Both the position numbers and the translations under genes were made by a program. A stretch of DNA of 64,000 nt from the human T2T-CHM13v2.0 reference genome, Homo sapiens. Position 1 is the stretch's first letter. The number at the start of each line of letters is the position of its first letter. This document shows positions 13,720 through 26,805 of this stretch, in pieces. Where the stretch lies: NCBI RefSeq assembly GCF_009914755.1, contig NC_060935.1; one strand, 5' to 3'. The notes beneath the pieces are model-generated. The model searched no databases and was not told the DNA's origin. It saw nothing but the letters and a program-made list of their open reading frames with translations.

Positions 13720-15560
13720 TGCTGAAATTATTCCCCCCTCTTTTGAGTCATTAATTTCTTCCTCCCTTCTAGATAATTTATATTAACTCACCAAAATAAA
13801 TACTCACTTGATAATTTCTTTGGTTTAAAAAAATTCTTATCTCACTACATTCTATTCCAACTACGGGTAACTTTTCCATAAAATTAGAAAATTTCTTGAA
13901 AGAGATCTCTATAGCTTCTCCCTACCCTTTATAACTTTACATTTTATATTACCATCAAGCTTTCACCTCCACCATCCCTAAAGACTGTTCATGCCAAGGT
14001 TATCAATCATCCCCAGTGGTCACTTCTCTGTTCTTTTGTCCCTTTCCCTTTCAGCAGTGATTGACATGCCGACTTCTCTCTCAATGGTGAAATGTCTCCT
14101 TCTGGCTTCACTAATGTCACAGTCTGCTGATTTTCCTCTTACCTCCCTGTTCCTCCTGCTTTGCTATCTCTGAATGGTGAACTATCAAGGTCTTTCTCCT
14201 TGGCCCTTTTCTCTACATCTGTCCTCTCATTCAGCCCCACAATGTTTTATTTTCTTTTTAAGTTCTGGGATACTTGTGCAGAGCATACAGGTTTGTTACA
14301 CTGGTAAACATGTGCCATGGTGATTTGCTGCACCTGTCAACCCATCACCTAGGTATTAGGTGCAGTATGCATTAGCTATTTTTCTTGATGGTCTCCCTCC
14401 CCCAGCCAACCCCTGCCGCCACCACAAGCCCCAGTGTGTGTTGTTTCCCTCCCTGTGTCCTTATGTTCTCAGAGTGTTCAGCTCCCACTTACAAGTAGGA
14501 ACATACAGCATATCTACAAGGAACTTGAATTTACAAAAACAAACAAACAACCCATTAAAAAGTAGGCAAAGGACATGAACAGACACTTCTCAAAAGAAGA
14601 TATTTATGTGGCCAAAAAACAAAAGAAAAAAAGTTCAACATTACTGCTCACTAGAAAAATGCAAATCAAAACTAGAATCAAAAATACTATCTGACCCAGC
14701 AATCCCACTACTGGGTATATACCCAAAATAATATAAATCATTCTATTATAAAGATACATGCACACATATGTTCATTGCAGCACTATTCACAATAACAAAG
14801 ACATGGAATCAACCCAAATGTCCATCAGTGATAGACTGGATAAAGAAAATGTGGTACATATATACCATGGAATACTATGCAGCCATAAAAAGGAATGAGA
14901 TCATGTCCTTTGCAGGGACATGGATGGAGTTGGATGACATTATCTTCAGCAAACTAAGGCAGGAAGAGAAAATCAGCCCCATAAATTTAACACCATGGAA
15001 AGACACATCCACATTACCAGCCCTGATCCTTTCCCAGGACTCACATGGCACTTAGAGTAAGATAAATTTATCACTATGGCTTATGAAAACATAAAGTTCT
15101 TAACTCACAGCCCTACCTATGTTTCTGACCTCATCACATAACACTCCCCTTTGTTCATTGCACCCAGGTCACATTGCCTTTAAAAAGAAATTCTTTGAAG
15201 ACACAAGCTTGCTCCCTACTGCCACAAGGACTTTATGTTAGCTATTTTCTCTGACCAGAAAGCTCTTCTTCTAATATTCACATGTCTGGCTCTTTCCAGC
15301 CTTCCATGAGTACTTTATGTAAAGTAATCCCAACATACTCATATTCACATGACTTTATTCTAATTTTTCACATAGCTGTTATCCCTATCTGATAATTTTT
15401 CCTATTTCATCTTGATTGATATTTTCCCTTTACTATAATGTTAGCCCCATGTGAGTGGGGAATTCATTTATCTTGTTAATTCCTTTATCCCAGGTCCCAG
15501 GACACTGCCCGGCAAAGGTAAATGTTCAATAAATATTTGTAAAAGGAATGGCACAAATAA
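13720..15560 (+). mobile_element. L2a-like LINE interrupted by L1PA
   Basis: L2 ORF-end text (CCCCAGTGGTCACTTCTCTGTTCTT...CAGCAGTGATTGACA) and 3' end TCAATAAATATTTGT. Confidence 0.75.
14245..14972 (-). mobile_element. 5'-truncated, 5'-inverted (twin-primed) L1PA, L1PA8-10-like
   Basis: Minus-strand 3'UTR with poly(T) at 14245-14508 joined via CAG to a plus-strand ORF2 C-terminal segment at 14506-14972; TSD TCAGCCCCA(C/T)AA at 14231-14242 and 14973-14984. Confidence 0.9.
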
Positions 15561-16249
15561 ATGTTAGTTTTCTTCCCACAAACCCTGTAAACAAATGCTA
15601 TTTGAGTGAATGAATAAATAAGAAGCACTATCTATGCTTGTCTGCTCCCTTCTTTCTGTAGCCAGCCTTTGCAGAAATCCATCACATGCATTATATTTAA
15701 ATTGTTCCATATGGTCCTTCTTGGGTGACTGGGTTTTACTTTTTCCTGAGTTTGTCCCACTGGTAGATCACCTTAATTTCTTTCAAGTCTTTGACATTAT
15801 TCCTTTTATCCAGAAGGAAATAAAGGCAATAATTAGCAGTTGTCATTAACTATAAGCTGCTCTTGAAGGGTTGGATACTCCTTTCTAATCTTTGAGGGTA
15901 TGGAGGTTCCCTCCTAGAGTGGAATTAACATGACTTTCTGAGGAGGTTATCCTGAAATATCCTGGCATGGAAATTTTACAGTGCATTTTTATTTGACACA
16001 TAAAGGTAAAAGTAGAAAATAAACAATTAAGGGTCCATATTTAAAGCATCTTGCTTAAATTGGCCTGAATAATTTTAACTTTGCTTCCGTTATAGTTGCC
16101 ACTGCTTAAAAATGCAGTGACCCATCACCTGAAGCAATAGGTTCCTGCTTCCCCCGCTCTGCCTTTCTGTGGACATTGAAGCAGTGGCCACCCCGTGAGG
16201 ATGCTTTGTGAATCAGCCTTTGTGTGCTAGAGTATTTCCTTTCAATTTA

Positions 16250-16450
16250 ATCCAGTTAACATATTTTGAGTACACATGTTGTACCAGCATTCTGCTGAGC
16301 ACTTTTACATGGATTTACAAAGTACTCTGTGAGGTGGGCATGATGGTCACAGTTTGACAGATGAGGAAACTGGTCTTCAGAGTGATTTGTAACTGGCCAA
16401 GGTACACAGCCAGTATTCAAATAAAAATCTGTCTAACATAAAGGTTGGTT
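16250..16450 (-). mobile_element. MIR SINE
   Basis: TTTGACAGATGAGGAAACTG...GCCAAGGTACACAGC. Confidence 0.75.
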
Positions 16451-16669
16451 GTCCATAGGTTTAGCTTTTATCCCAGAAACTAGGTCCTGCCTAGTCATAG
16501 AGCTTCCAAGACCATTTTTCTAGTATCCTCTGGTAACGTGGAGGTGGGTTGATATGTAGAAGCGTATTAGGTAACTGACTACTAAATCATTACCATATGT
16601 GTCACCCTCACCCGTGACCTCTTTCCCTGTAGAAAGTTATTCTACCCTCCCATCCATCTTTTGCATATA

Positions 16670-17015
16670 TAGTCATCCCTTGGTATTTGTGAAGGATTGA
16701 TGCCAATACTCCTTTCAGATACTAAAATCCACTGATGCTCAAGCCTCTCCTATAAAATGACACAGTATTTGCATATAACCTATGCACATCTTCCTATATA
16801 CTTTAAGTCACCTCTTGAGTACTTACAATACCTAATACAATGCATAAATATCACTTCATTTGTGTGGATTCAACTTAGAACTTGGAATTTGGCATGTGGC
16901 CAACTCAAGTCTTATTTCTTGGAACTCTGAAATATTCTTTCTCCAAATATTTTTACTCCACAGTTAGTTGGTTGAATCTACAGATGCAAAATTCACAGAT
17001 ATGGAGCACTGACTA
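16670..17015. mobile_element. MER2B-like (TcMar-Tigger) MITE
   Basis: (C/T)AGTCATCCCTTGGTAT.../...GATATGGAGCACTGACTA TIRs in a TA-rich site; internal GTATTTGCATATAACCTATGCACATC. Confidence 0.85.
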
Positions 17016-17979
17016 TATATAACTAGGATCCCAAAGAAGCACCCTCCAGCCAAGGACAAAAATGAGTTGGTAAAATCACTAAGAGGTCTCAAAGACTTTT
17101 AAGTTTTATTCACTAGTTGACCTTGCTTGCTCATTTTCCTCTATTTAAAGTCCTACAGCTGCCAGGCTATACGATTCCAAATATTGCCATTACCCACTTT
17201 AAAAAACACAAAACTTCCACCAGAGTATGGTCAAGTAAATACAAATTTGGAGGTTTCAGCTGAGGATCCTGTGGTCCGTCTCAGAGAGATGACACGATTG
17301 CTGTGCTCACTGTTGCAGAATGTGCAGGTAGCTGGGAGGTGCTGTATGTTCCCTTTTCCAAATGGCTGAAATGAAAAAAATCTCCAAGGGTAAAGAGGTA
17401 CAGACTTGACATTTTTTGTTTTATGTCAGTTTTTCAAGGATGTGGTAAGGAAAGTATCCACGTTACTTTAGAAAAATCCCATTTTCAGGTATCTTCCTCT
17501 TCTCTTTTGTCCCATTTAGTGCTTAACTGACATGTGGAAGGACAGGGGTATCAGGAACAAGAGGAGCTAAGACAAAGAAGGGAAGAACACCAGCCACAAG
17601 GAAAGAAGAATGAAAGAAGAACGTGGAAGACAGCAATGTGAACTAGAAGAAGGGAAGAGAATATTTATTGAGAAAACTCAATGTACCAAGAACTGCTGTG
17701 GAGATTCCGCTCAACTCAGAACGATTCAGTGCATAGACATTATTATTTGTCTTAGAAAAGTAAGAAAGTCAAGTATAGGCAGGAGACATCATGTGCCACT
17801 GCTAGTTAGGAGCAGTCTGGCCGCAAATTTCCTTTTTAATTCTAACTCAATTAATCACCCTAAAACTCCAGGAGGTAAGCCGTATTCTGCCCTTTAATAG
17901 AGAAGGGGAAACAGACTTTTAGTAGTCAAACATGTTTGTAAAATACTGGCTTTAATTTAAACTGCTCTCTTTATTATAG

Positions 17980-18149
17980 GACTTCCAGAAATTTTACTTT
18001 ACTAAGAATGACTCTGCAAGAAGGGATCATATTCAGCAACATCACCTTGTTGCGCAAACTCATCGCTCACGAATCTTTATTTACTACAAATTATTTTTAG
18101 GACTTTGAAACTATCCAGAGAAAAAGAACAGTTGTTCAGCTAGCACTAG
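17980..18149 (+). pseudogene. Candidate exon E5 (TSRNFTLLRMTLQEGIIFSNITLLRKLIAHESLFTTNYF*DFETIQRKRTVVQLAL)
   Basis: Acceptor CTCTCTTTATTATAG|, donor AG|GTTAGT, 170 nt, phase 2-1, single TAG at 18098-18100, several retained CpGs. Confidence 0.6.
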
Positions 18150-18373
18150 GTTAGTTCAAATCCAAAGCTGGCCCATGTTCACTATTTGACCTTAAGGAAT
18201 GTATTTAAACTGTGTGAACTTCCATTTTGTCATCTATATAATAGAGGAAATAATTTCTGTTGTCTTCACATTGTAGGACAAGTAAATGTGCCCTACATAC
18301 TCTTGTATGGTGGGTGAAATATCAAGAGCCTCCTTATTATGGCAGAGAGGAAGGTGATCTCCTTATTTTTCAG

Positions 18374-18428
18374 GTCCTGGGAAGCCCTTCTGTCCACTGA
18401 ATAAAGCTTTCCATGGGGGTGGCAGTTG
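18374..18428 (+). pseudogene. Candidate exon E6 (GPGKPFCPLNKAFHGGGS)
   Basis: Acceptor CTCCTTATTTTTCAG|, donor TG|GTGAGG, 55 nt, stop-free, phase-1 entry matches E5. Confidence 0.45.
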
Positions 18429-20389
18429 GTGAGGCAGCAGAATCCCAAAGTTAGCAAAAAACCATACCCATGATTGTTCAGCTCTCTTGGTAATTCATTG
18501 CTGAGGTCTTTTGTATGTAAACTCTGTGCCCATCTCACTTAGAGCCTAAAGTCCAGATAAGCTGCCCTGCTTGGGCTGTGTTTCACATTTATCTGCAAGT
18601 AAAGAAGCAAGTCAGCATTGGAAGACTCATTCTGGTTAAGAATTTAGAACATGTAGGTCTGTTTCAGGCACAGCCATTTACTAGCTAAGTGATCTTGGGC
18701 AAATTGTTTAGCTTCTTTGTGCCATAGTTTTCTTATTGGGATAAGGTGAAAATGAAATGATTGCTATGTGTAAAACATTCCTTCCCCCTGACTTTTTTTT
18801 TTCCAAAGATAAAATGAGTTCACTATTCAAATGGAAGATGGTGGCTGTAACTTCTGGCACATAGTAGGAATTCTCTGCTGTAATGTGCTCCTGAAGAAGG
18901 TTGTAATCTTGATAGAGATGTGGCTGTAACATCACTTTCTTTGCAGTAGCTATTGAGGTGAATGAAAAAAGTAAACATTCTTTGTCAGTCTGTGAAAGCC
19001 TCTATGTCCTTGGGCTTTTACTGATCGCTCTGCCTGCTCCACCTGGCTTAACCTGTCACTCCAGTTCATCTCTCAAGTTTCAGCCTTGTCTTCTTTCAGG
19101 CAGTCATCCCTATGCTCCCCGCTGACTGAGTCACATGACCCTGCTAGGTGACCCAGAGCCCTTGTTCTTCTAACACTTGCAAACACGTCACACTTACATG
19201 ATCACATGTCTTACGTCTTCCCCAACAGACCTGGTCGGCTTCCCAAAAAAGCCCAGTGAAGGAAGAAACAACACATTCTTGCTCACCATTCTATCCCAGG
19301 TCACAGCACATGCCCAACAAAAAGTACAAATTTAAAAATAACCACAGATGAACAAGTGAATGAAGGTACATAACTTTCCCAAATTAATTAGTGACAACTA
19401 ATATGACTTCCAAGATCATGTGCTTTCCACTAACCCTCATTAGCTACTAACAAAATTGTTAGATTATACAACGATGCTTGCATTTTACCAATCAGCTCAT
19501 GCCTATGAACAAACCCACACTTATTGAATTCTATAATTGTTCTTGGGAAGTGTTTAAGGTCTATTTTGTTCTTAGGAGAAAAATTAAGAAGATCCTTCAG
19601 TTCAGTTTCATTTTAACAAAATCAGTACCCTTAATATGAAGTTAGAATTATATTTATGCTTATTCCTGAGGGGACTGCAATTTAATGAAAGAATGTGACG
19701 TGCTAATAAGTAGTGTTTGAACAACATTACAATGCTATAATGGAGAAAGATATGAAACCCATATTGTTCATATGAAAACACTAATGAAAGGAATTTAAAG
19801 ACTACAAAACTTTAAATAGACCATTATTGACATGAAGAAACTGAAGCAAGCATGAAACAGCTAGATAATCCAGGGAAGTTCCCATTGTCTTCCCTCTTAA
19901 GGCCATTAGCCTGCATTCAGTATTTAGTCATAATGAAGTCACGCAATCTTACATATTTGAATTACTCATGAAATATGTGAAAAAACATTTTGGAAGGGGG
20001 AAAGACATTTTAAACAAATACGATTTGCAGTCTTTATGTTACTAGTTTTGTGAAACTATCCTAACTTTTAGAACAGAATATAACACACAAATATAAATGT
20101 TGGTTTGAGTAGCAGAATATATTGTGAACACAGTTCTTAAAATATGAAAGTATCAAGTATTCAGTTGTGGCACCTGGTTTTAAATATAAGACTTGTTCAA
20201 TTTGAATACACCTTTTGTGGTTTGTTAAACTCTGAAAGTGTTTACATTGTAAGGATTCTTCAGCAGCTGAAGTCTGAGCTTAGGTTGGGATGGTCAGGGA
20301 TTGGGTTAAGCTCTTTCACCCCTGCTTCCTACAGATCCTAACGACTCACCCTTACTTAAATTTTTTTAACCACTTTAACCTTCTTTAGA

Positions 20390-20600
20390 AGATAGTATAT
20401 CATATTAGAAAAAGTGTGGACTCTGGAATCAGACAGATCTGGGTTTAAATCTCAATTCTGATGGTTCCTAATTAAACTTGGCATCATATACTTCTTTGAT
20501 ATTTGTCTCCATCCTTTCTCCATGTGAGGCTCTATATAAATGAGATAAAATATGTAACTTTCCTTATCATAGTAACTTAAAAAATGTTAGCTACTTTCTA
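20390..20600 (+). mobile_element. MIR SINE
   Basis: GACTCTGGAATCAGACAGATCTGGGTTTAAATC 5' region and AAATGAGATAA tail. Confidence 0.7.
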
Positions 20601-20604
20601 GCTG

Positions 20605-20760
20605 GAGGTTCACACAAGTCCGCTTATGCTGATAACTTCAATGAGTAAAAATGGGGAAAGCGTGGATACATACAGAAGTGGGAGCTCTGGAGAAGTGGGA
20701 AGTATAAGACCAGTCTAGGAGAAACAGCTGTTGCTCATCTCTGGCTGATTGTTATTTTTA
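20605..20760. mobile_element. MER102-like hAT fragment
   Basis: CAGCTGTTGCTCATCTCTGGCTGATTGTT resembles the MER102 core. Confidence 0.45.
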
Positions 20761-20789
20761 AGTGGCAATTAATTAAAAAACACAGTTTG

Positions 20790-21100
20790 AGTCTCTGCTG
20801 CCACTCAACATGGAGTAAAAGACGACAAAACTCACTTACCTATTTGAAACAACTAAAAACAAACAACAAAAAAACAAACTATGAAACAACATTTTTCAGG
20901 AAATTGGATCCCAACGAACAAAGAACAAGGACCCTCCCTGAAAGATGGTTGGTAAGCAGATGAGGTGAGCACTGTGATTACCAAAGTCTACTGTTTGGGG
21001 AGTTTCCAGCAAAGGATAGCCTGACAGTCTCTCTGACTCAAGTCCGGGGGAGGCCAAGGTGGATAGAGCTCACAGAACAGAATAGCACATGTCTCTGAAC
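20790..21100 (+). mobile_element. Old L1M 5'-end fragment
   Basis: CAACATGGAGTAA...TGAAACAACTAAAAA...ATGAGGTGAGC pattern typical of L1MC/MD 5' ends. Confidence 0.55.
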
Positions 21101-22694
21101 ACATGGATGTTATTGTCATAATTTTGTTGTCAGAATGAAAGTAATATACATAAGATCACATAGCACCTACACATAGCATCTACACTTAGCAGATGCTCTC
21201 TTCACTTATTTTTCCTGGTTTAATTTTCTTTTAAAATCCTATTCGATTAGAGCCTCTGCCAATCCTTATAATAAAGATTACTGAGCATACATTTTGTATC
21301 AGGCATTGTTTTATGAACCTTATATGTAATAAGTTTTTTAAACATTTGAATACAGTATCAATTATTAAATATAAAAATACATTTTCAAGTATAAATGGCA
21401 TAGACGGTCTACATACAATGTCTCATTGAATTAAATAAACAAATTCATGAATTATTTAACTGGTCTTTGTATAGAAAAGTCACATATTTTCACATTGGTT
21501 TTCTCTACCACACCCAGAAGTCAGCATTCCATTTTCAGCATAAATATTTCCACATGCATATGAATGATTCCACATTCTCATTTCCTCTCATGCCTTCAGA
21601 TCTTTAAACACTCTAAAAAGAATAATTTGTAACCATACATTATAACTGGAAGACTTTTTTACTCAAGTTTTCTAACACACCCAGGGTGCATTGAATTTTG
21701 AGTGATGCAATAGAATGGATTTGAGTTCTGGCTCCATCAGCAATTCACCAAGTCATCTCGCCAAGCTGAGAAAGCTGCCCTTGTGAAACAAGGATGGTAG
21801 AATTCATGAAACGAGGCAGCTTTGAATACTGTGAGATAATTCAGGTGAAGTGTTAGTACACGGTAACTATTTAAAAAATGTTAGATATTATATTTATTAT
21901 TTATTTACTAACTCTCACAATACTGTCCTTCTTGTTGGTTGTTTTGTGAATTATGGTTTATTTAATTCATGCTGGCTGCTACAAAGTAAGCATTAGATGG
22001 CTACAATTGTGCCAAACTCTTGTTGGATACTTTTCCTGAGTTCAAGGTGGAAGTTTTCATGCCCTGCTTCCCTGTAGAAAGAATAGCATATTTCCAGAGC
22101 CTTTGATTAAAAAATTAATCATCTCAAAATAGCTCAGTCCAAATAAAATGTAAGCGAGCACTATTTCATATTTGATATTTAGAGCAAATGCTGTGGGTTG
22201 AGTATAAATTCAAAGGTATAATTAGTTATCCTTAACTAGTTCTTAATTGTACATTAAATTAATTTTTCAGTGAAACTATGTTCTTTTTCTTTTTCCAATT
22301 ATGAGCTATGATTCAGGGAGACATTTTCACCTCTCCGTTATCTATGCTTTTAGAGTCTAAAATACCTGCTGACTTATTAGCTTCACCTATTAGTATCTGC
22401 ACAAGAGATTATGTCGGTCTGTAATTTTTATGAGAGCATGGTTAGAGTAGTTCTTATATTTCCTTCCTAAACACAAGGATTTCTAATCCTTGGAAGACTC
22501 GAAGACCCAAATAGGTTAAGAGTCCTTTTACATCATAAAGTGTTAAGTGCAGAATATATCTGCTGCAAAACATAGCATTGATTCAAATCATTCAAATACA
22601 CTTTTCTGAAGATGCAAGTTTGACCTGATTTGGGTAAATGACTCAAGAAAACTTAAAACTTTATTGGTCTAAAGATGTCTTCCAGTATGGCTAA

Positions 22695-25600
22695 GTAAAG
22701 ACACAGATAGGATAAAAGTAAATGAATAGACAAATATCACACAACAATGAGCATAAGAAGGCCAGAATGAATAAATTAATATCAGACAAAATAGACTTCA
22801 AAACAAAGAGCATTACCAAACATAGACTCAGTCACTTCATAATGATAAAAGTCAATTCACCAGGAAAATATAGCAATTGTAAATGTTTACGCAATAAAAG
22901 AGCTTTAAATTAGATGAAGGAAAATTAAAGGGAGAATGAACATCTCCAGAATAATATTTGCAGATTTTAACATCCAACCCTTAGCAATTGATACAATAAT
23001 TAGAAAAAAAGTAAAAACATAAAAAATGAGACTAACACTACTAATTCCCTTGAAATAATAGATATTTATAGTACACTCTATTTCACACCTAGAAAATACA
23101 CATTCTTTCCTAGTGTTCATGTTATATTCACTACGATGAGCTATATTCTGGTCTATGTAGTAAATACATTTAAAAGGATTTAAACCATAAATAATATGTT
23201 TTGTGACTACATTAGAATTGAACCAGAAATCAATAACAATGAGATAGCTAGAGTATCATATTTTCAAATTAAATAACATACTCATAATACTTAGATATAC
23301 TTAAAAATTTAAAAATAAATCCCGAGGGTCAAATAATAAAAGAAGAAATCATAGGGAAATTAGAAAAATTTGTGCCAAATAACAATAAAACACAGCATTT
23401 CAAAATGTGTGTGTTGCAGCTAAAGCAATGCTTTGAGGAAAATGTATATGTTTAAATGCTTAAGTTGAAAAGCAGATCTAAAAATCAGTAACCTAAGATT
23501 CCAATTTAAGCAGCTTAAAAAAAGAAGAGTATAGTAAACTTAAAGTGAGTGGAAGGAAGGAAATAATAAATTAAGAAGAGACATAAATTAAATAGAAACC
23601 AGAAAAATAAAGTAGAAAGCAAGTTTGTTATTTGAAAGTATCAACGAAAGTGTTACATCTTTAGTTACACTGATGGAGTAAATAGGAGAGAGAATATAAA
23701 TTGCCTATAATAGAAATTAAATGTAAAGTCTAATATGTTAATTTTATGAATAACATTATGCCAGGAAATTAGACAATTTAGATGGAATGAAAATATATTT
23801 TGAAAAATAAAACTTATCAAAAGTGACTCAAAATGAAACAAAAATATAAATATTTTGATATCTGTTAAATTAATTGAACTTGTATCCAAACTCTTCCCAC
23901 AATATAAACTCCAGGTTCTGATCATTTAATTGTGAATTATATCAAACATGTAATGATGATATACTATAAACCCTTTAAAATTTCTTTTAGAAAATAGAGG
24001 AAGAAAGACATCTCAACTTAATGAGGCTGACATAGTGCCAATATCATGACTGGACAAGGACATAATAAATATAATTCCTCTTATGAAAATAGGTACAAAA
24101 TGCTTGGCAAATTATTATCAAGTCAATTTTAACAATACCTAATAATAATAACACATCATAATTACTGAAGTTTATCTCGGTAATTGAGGGTTTATTTAAC
24201 ATTTACATTTACCATTTACAAACCAATCAATCTAAGTTATCATGTTGAAAGAATAAAAGGTAAAACAGGGATATGATTGTAATAATAGTTCTAGATGAAG
24301 CATTTGTTAAAATCCGACACTAGTTATGTTAAAAACTCTCCATGAATAAAATATATCGTCCTCAATCTGATATATGGCATTTAGAATTATCTTCTAGCTA
24401 AATCATACTTAGTTGTTAAATATTGAACACTTTTCTTTAGGATCAGTAACATGACAAAGGTGTCACTTCTTGCCACTTCTAGTAATTATTTTACTGGAGG
24501 TGCTAGGCATTCTAATCAGGTAAAAGTCATAATAATAATAATCATCAAAAGACCAAAAAGGAAGGAAGCAGTTATACCATACTGACTTGTAAATGACTTG
24601 GCTGTTTTTTAGAAAATTCTAATAACTGTATCAATTACTAAAACTAATGACTGAATTCAGCAAGATTATAGGATACGAGACTAATATACAAAAAACCAAT
24701 TTTTACATTCTAGCACTGCACTATTAGAAAATTGAAATAACACATTTATAATAGCATTAAAAACAAAATAGGAATAAATCTAACAAAAGGATTTGCAAGA
24801 CTTCTACATTGAAAACTATGAAATATTGTGAAGCGAAATTAGAGAAGATATAAATAAATGGATTTGAAGGCTCAATGTTGTTAAACTCTCAATTCTACCA
24901 AAATTCCAGAAAGCTTTTTGTGGGGAGAGTTACACATTGACAGATTAATTTTAAAATTTATATTGAAATGAAAAGCACCACGAATATCTAAATCAATCTT
25001 GAAAAAGATGAAAAAGCTTGGGAAGTTGACCCTAACTGACTTTAAGACTTATTGAAAGACTACAATAATCTACAGAGTGTGGTACTGGCATAGGGATAGA
25101 CCGATCAAAAAAACGGAAGAGTGACCAGAAATAGAGCTACCTTTATAAGGTAATTAATTTTGGGGAAAGTTTACCAAAGTAATCCAATGGGAAATGAAAA
25201 TTTTTTAACAAGTAGAGCTAAAATCACTGGATTTTGATGTAGGAGACAAAATGATATTAACATCCAATACCATATATACAAATTAATCCAAAAGGGATCA
25301 TAGGCTTAAAGAGGTAAAAACGTAAAACTTTTGGTGGAAAATAGAAAATATATTTATAATTTGGGGGTTGGTAAGTATGTTTTATACACGTCACTGAAAA
25401 TGATAGCCATTAAAAATCTCTGATTAGACTTTACTGAAATAAAAAAAAAACTTTTGCTCATCAAAAAATACCATAAAGAAAATGAATGGCAAGCTACAAA
25501 CAGGAAAAATAATTTGCAAAACATATTTAACAAAGGATAGTGACCAAGACATATAAAAACCTCCACTCTTAGGTATTTACTCTGGACAAATATGCATAAA

Positions 25601-26292
25601 AACAAACATTCATAGAAGACTTGTACAATAATTTTTATAACACCTTTATTCATTATAACTCAATATTGGTAACAGCCTGGTAACCTTCAATAGCAAAATG
25701 GATAAACAAACTCTGATATGTAATTGAGTACTACTCACGAATAAAATTACTAATGCATTCAACAACGTGAGTGAATCTCAAAAATATTTTGCTGGGTGAA
25801 TGAAGCCTTACACAAAAGATAAAATACTGTATAATTCCATTTATATGAAATTCTAAAACAGGAGACACTTAGACAGGGTGAAACAATTTAGGATATTGTT
25901 TGTCTTTGGGAAAGGGTATGATGGTAATATTTCATGTCTTGATAGGTGTTTGGGTTACCCAGGTGCAAACATTTGTCAATACTAACTGAATGTACACTTA
26001 ATTATATATTGTATGCAAATCTTACATTAAAAACTGTAAACAAATATTGAACTCAAGTTAATATTATGCATCCCGAATTAGGGAGAAAAGTGTTCACATC
26101 TGCAATTAATTTTGAAATGTACTGAAACTCAGATGGATTAGTGAATAGAGGGATAGTAGATATACATATATCTAATAAATCAAGTAAATAAAATATTAAT
26201 GGCAGAATCTAGGTGGTGGTTATATAGTACTTATACATTTTTTCAATTATGGTATGTGTTTTAATGTTTTCATTAAAAATTTTGGGAAAAAA
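22695..26292 (+). mobile_element. Old L1M (L1ME-like) ORF2 plus 3'UTR, decayed
   Basis: Endonuclease remnant ISDKIDFKTKSI (ORF 22722-22913), RT remnants, 3' end GAATCTAGGTGGTGG...TTTGGGAAAAAAA. Confidence 0.85.
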
Positions 26293-26659
26293 ACTCTTTT
26301 TGGTCTTTTGAATCTTATCAAATTATAGCTCCAAACAAGAATATTAGTTCAACTTCAGAAATATTTAGAAAAGAAATAAAATTGAATATTGTAAGCAATT
26401 CCAACTGGTTTACTCACCCTTTACAGACAGTTTTTGGTGTTATTCTGTTTCCTGTCCATATTCATTTCATTGATAGTTTGTAGCGTTTGCCAAAACCTCC
26501 TCTTGAAATTCTTACTGCATGCTTCTTTTCCTTCCTCTTACTTCATGTCATTCCTTATTTCCTTTGCTGTCTCCTCTTCCTTCTCATCTCATTAAAAACA
26601 GTTTTTTCCTCAAGGTTCTGCCATTAGCTTTCTTTATTTACTCCATTAATATTTCTCAA

Positions 26660-26805
26660 AATTGGCCTTAGAATCACGGTGACTACTTTTTAAAAGTTCA
26701 GTCTCATTGCCCCTCCAGGCAGCTTCTGAATTAGATTCTCTGGGAGTCAGATCCTGGAATCTATATGGTTAACAAACTCGACAGGTGATCTTCATATACC
26801 TTGTT
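26660..26805. mobile_element. MER5-family fragment
   Basis: AGAATCAC...TTCTGAATTAGATTCTCTGGG...AACAAACTCGACAGGTGAT. Confidence 0.55.

Noticed and set aside
17990-18080. Minus-strand DEFAQQGD resembling phosphodiesterase EEFFQQGD
   Set aside because: A short match bounded by stops, without minus-strand splice sites or further PDE similarity.
18809-18957. Apparent exon with an SRCR-like SLLxC...DVAV
   Set aside because: Its acceptor and 5' half lie in a MIR tail, and the phase-compatible frame starts with stops.
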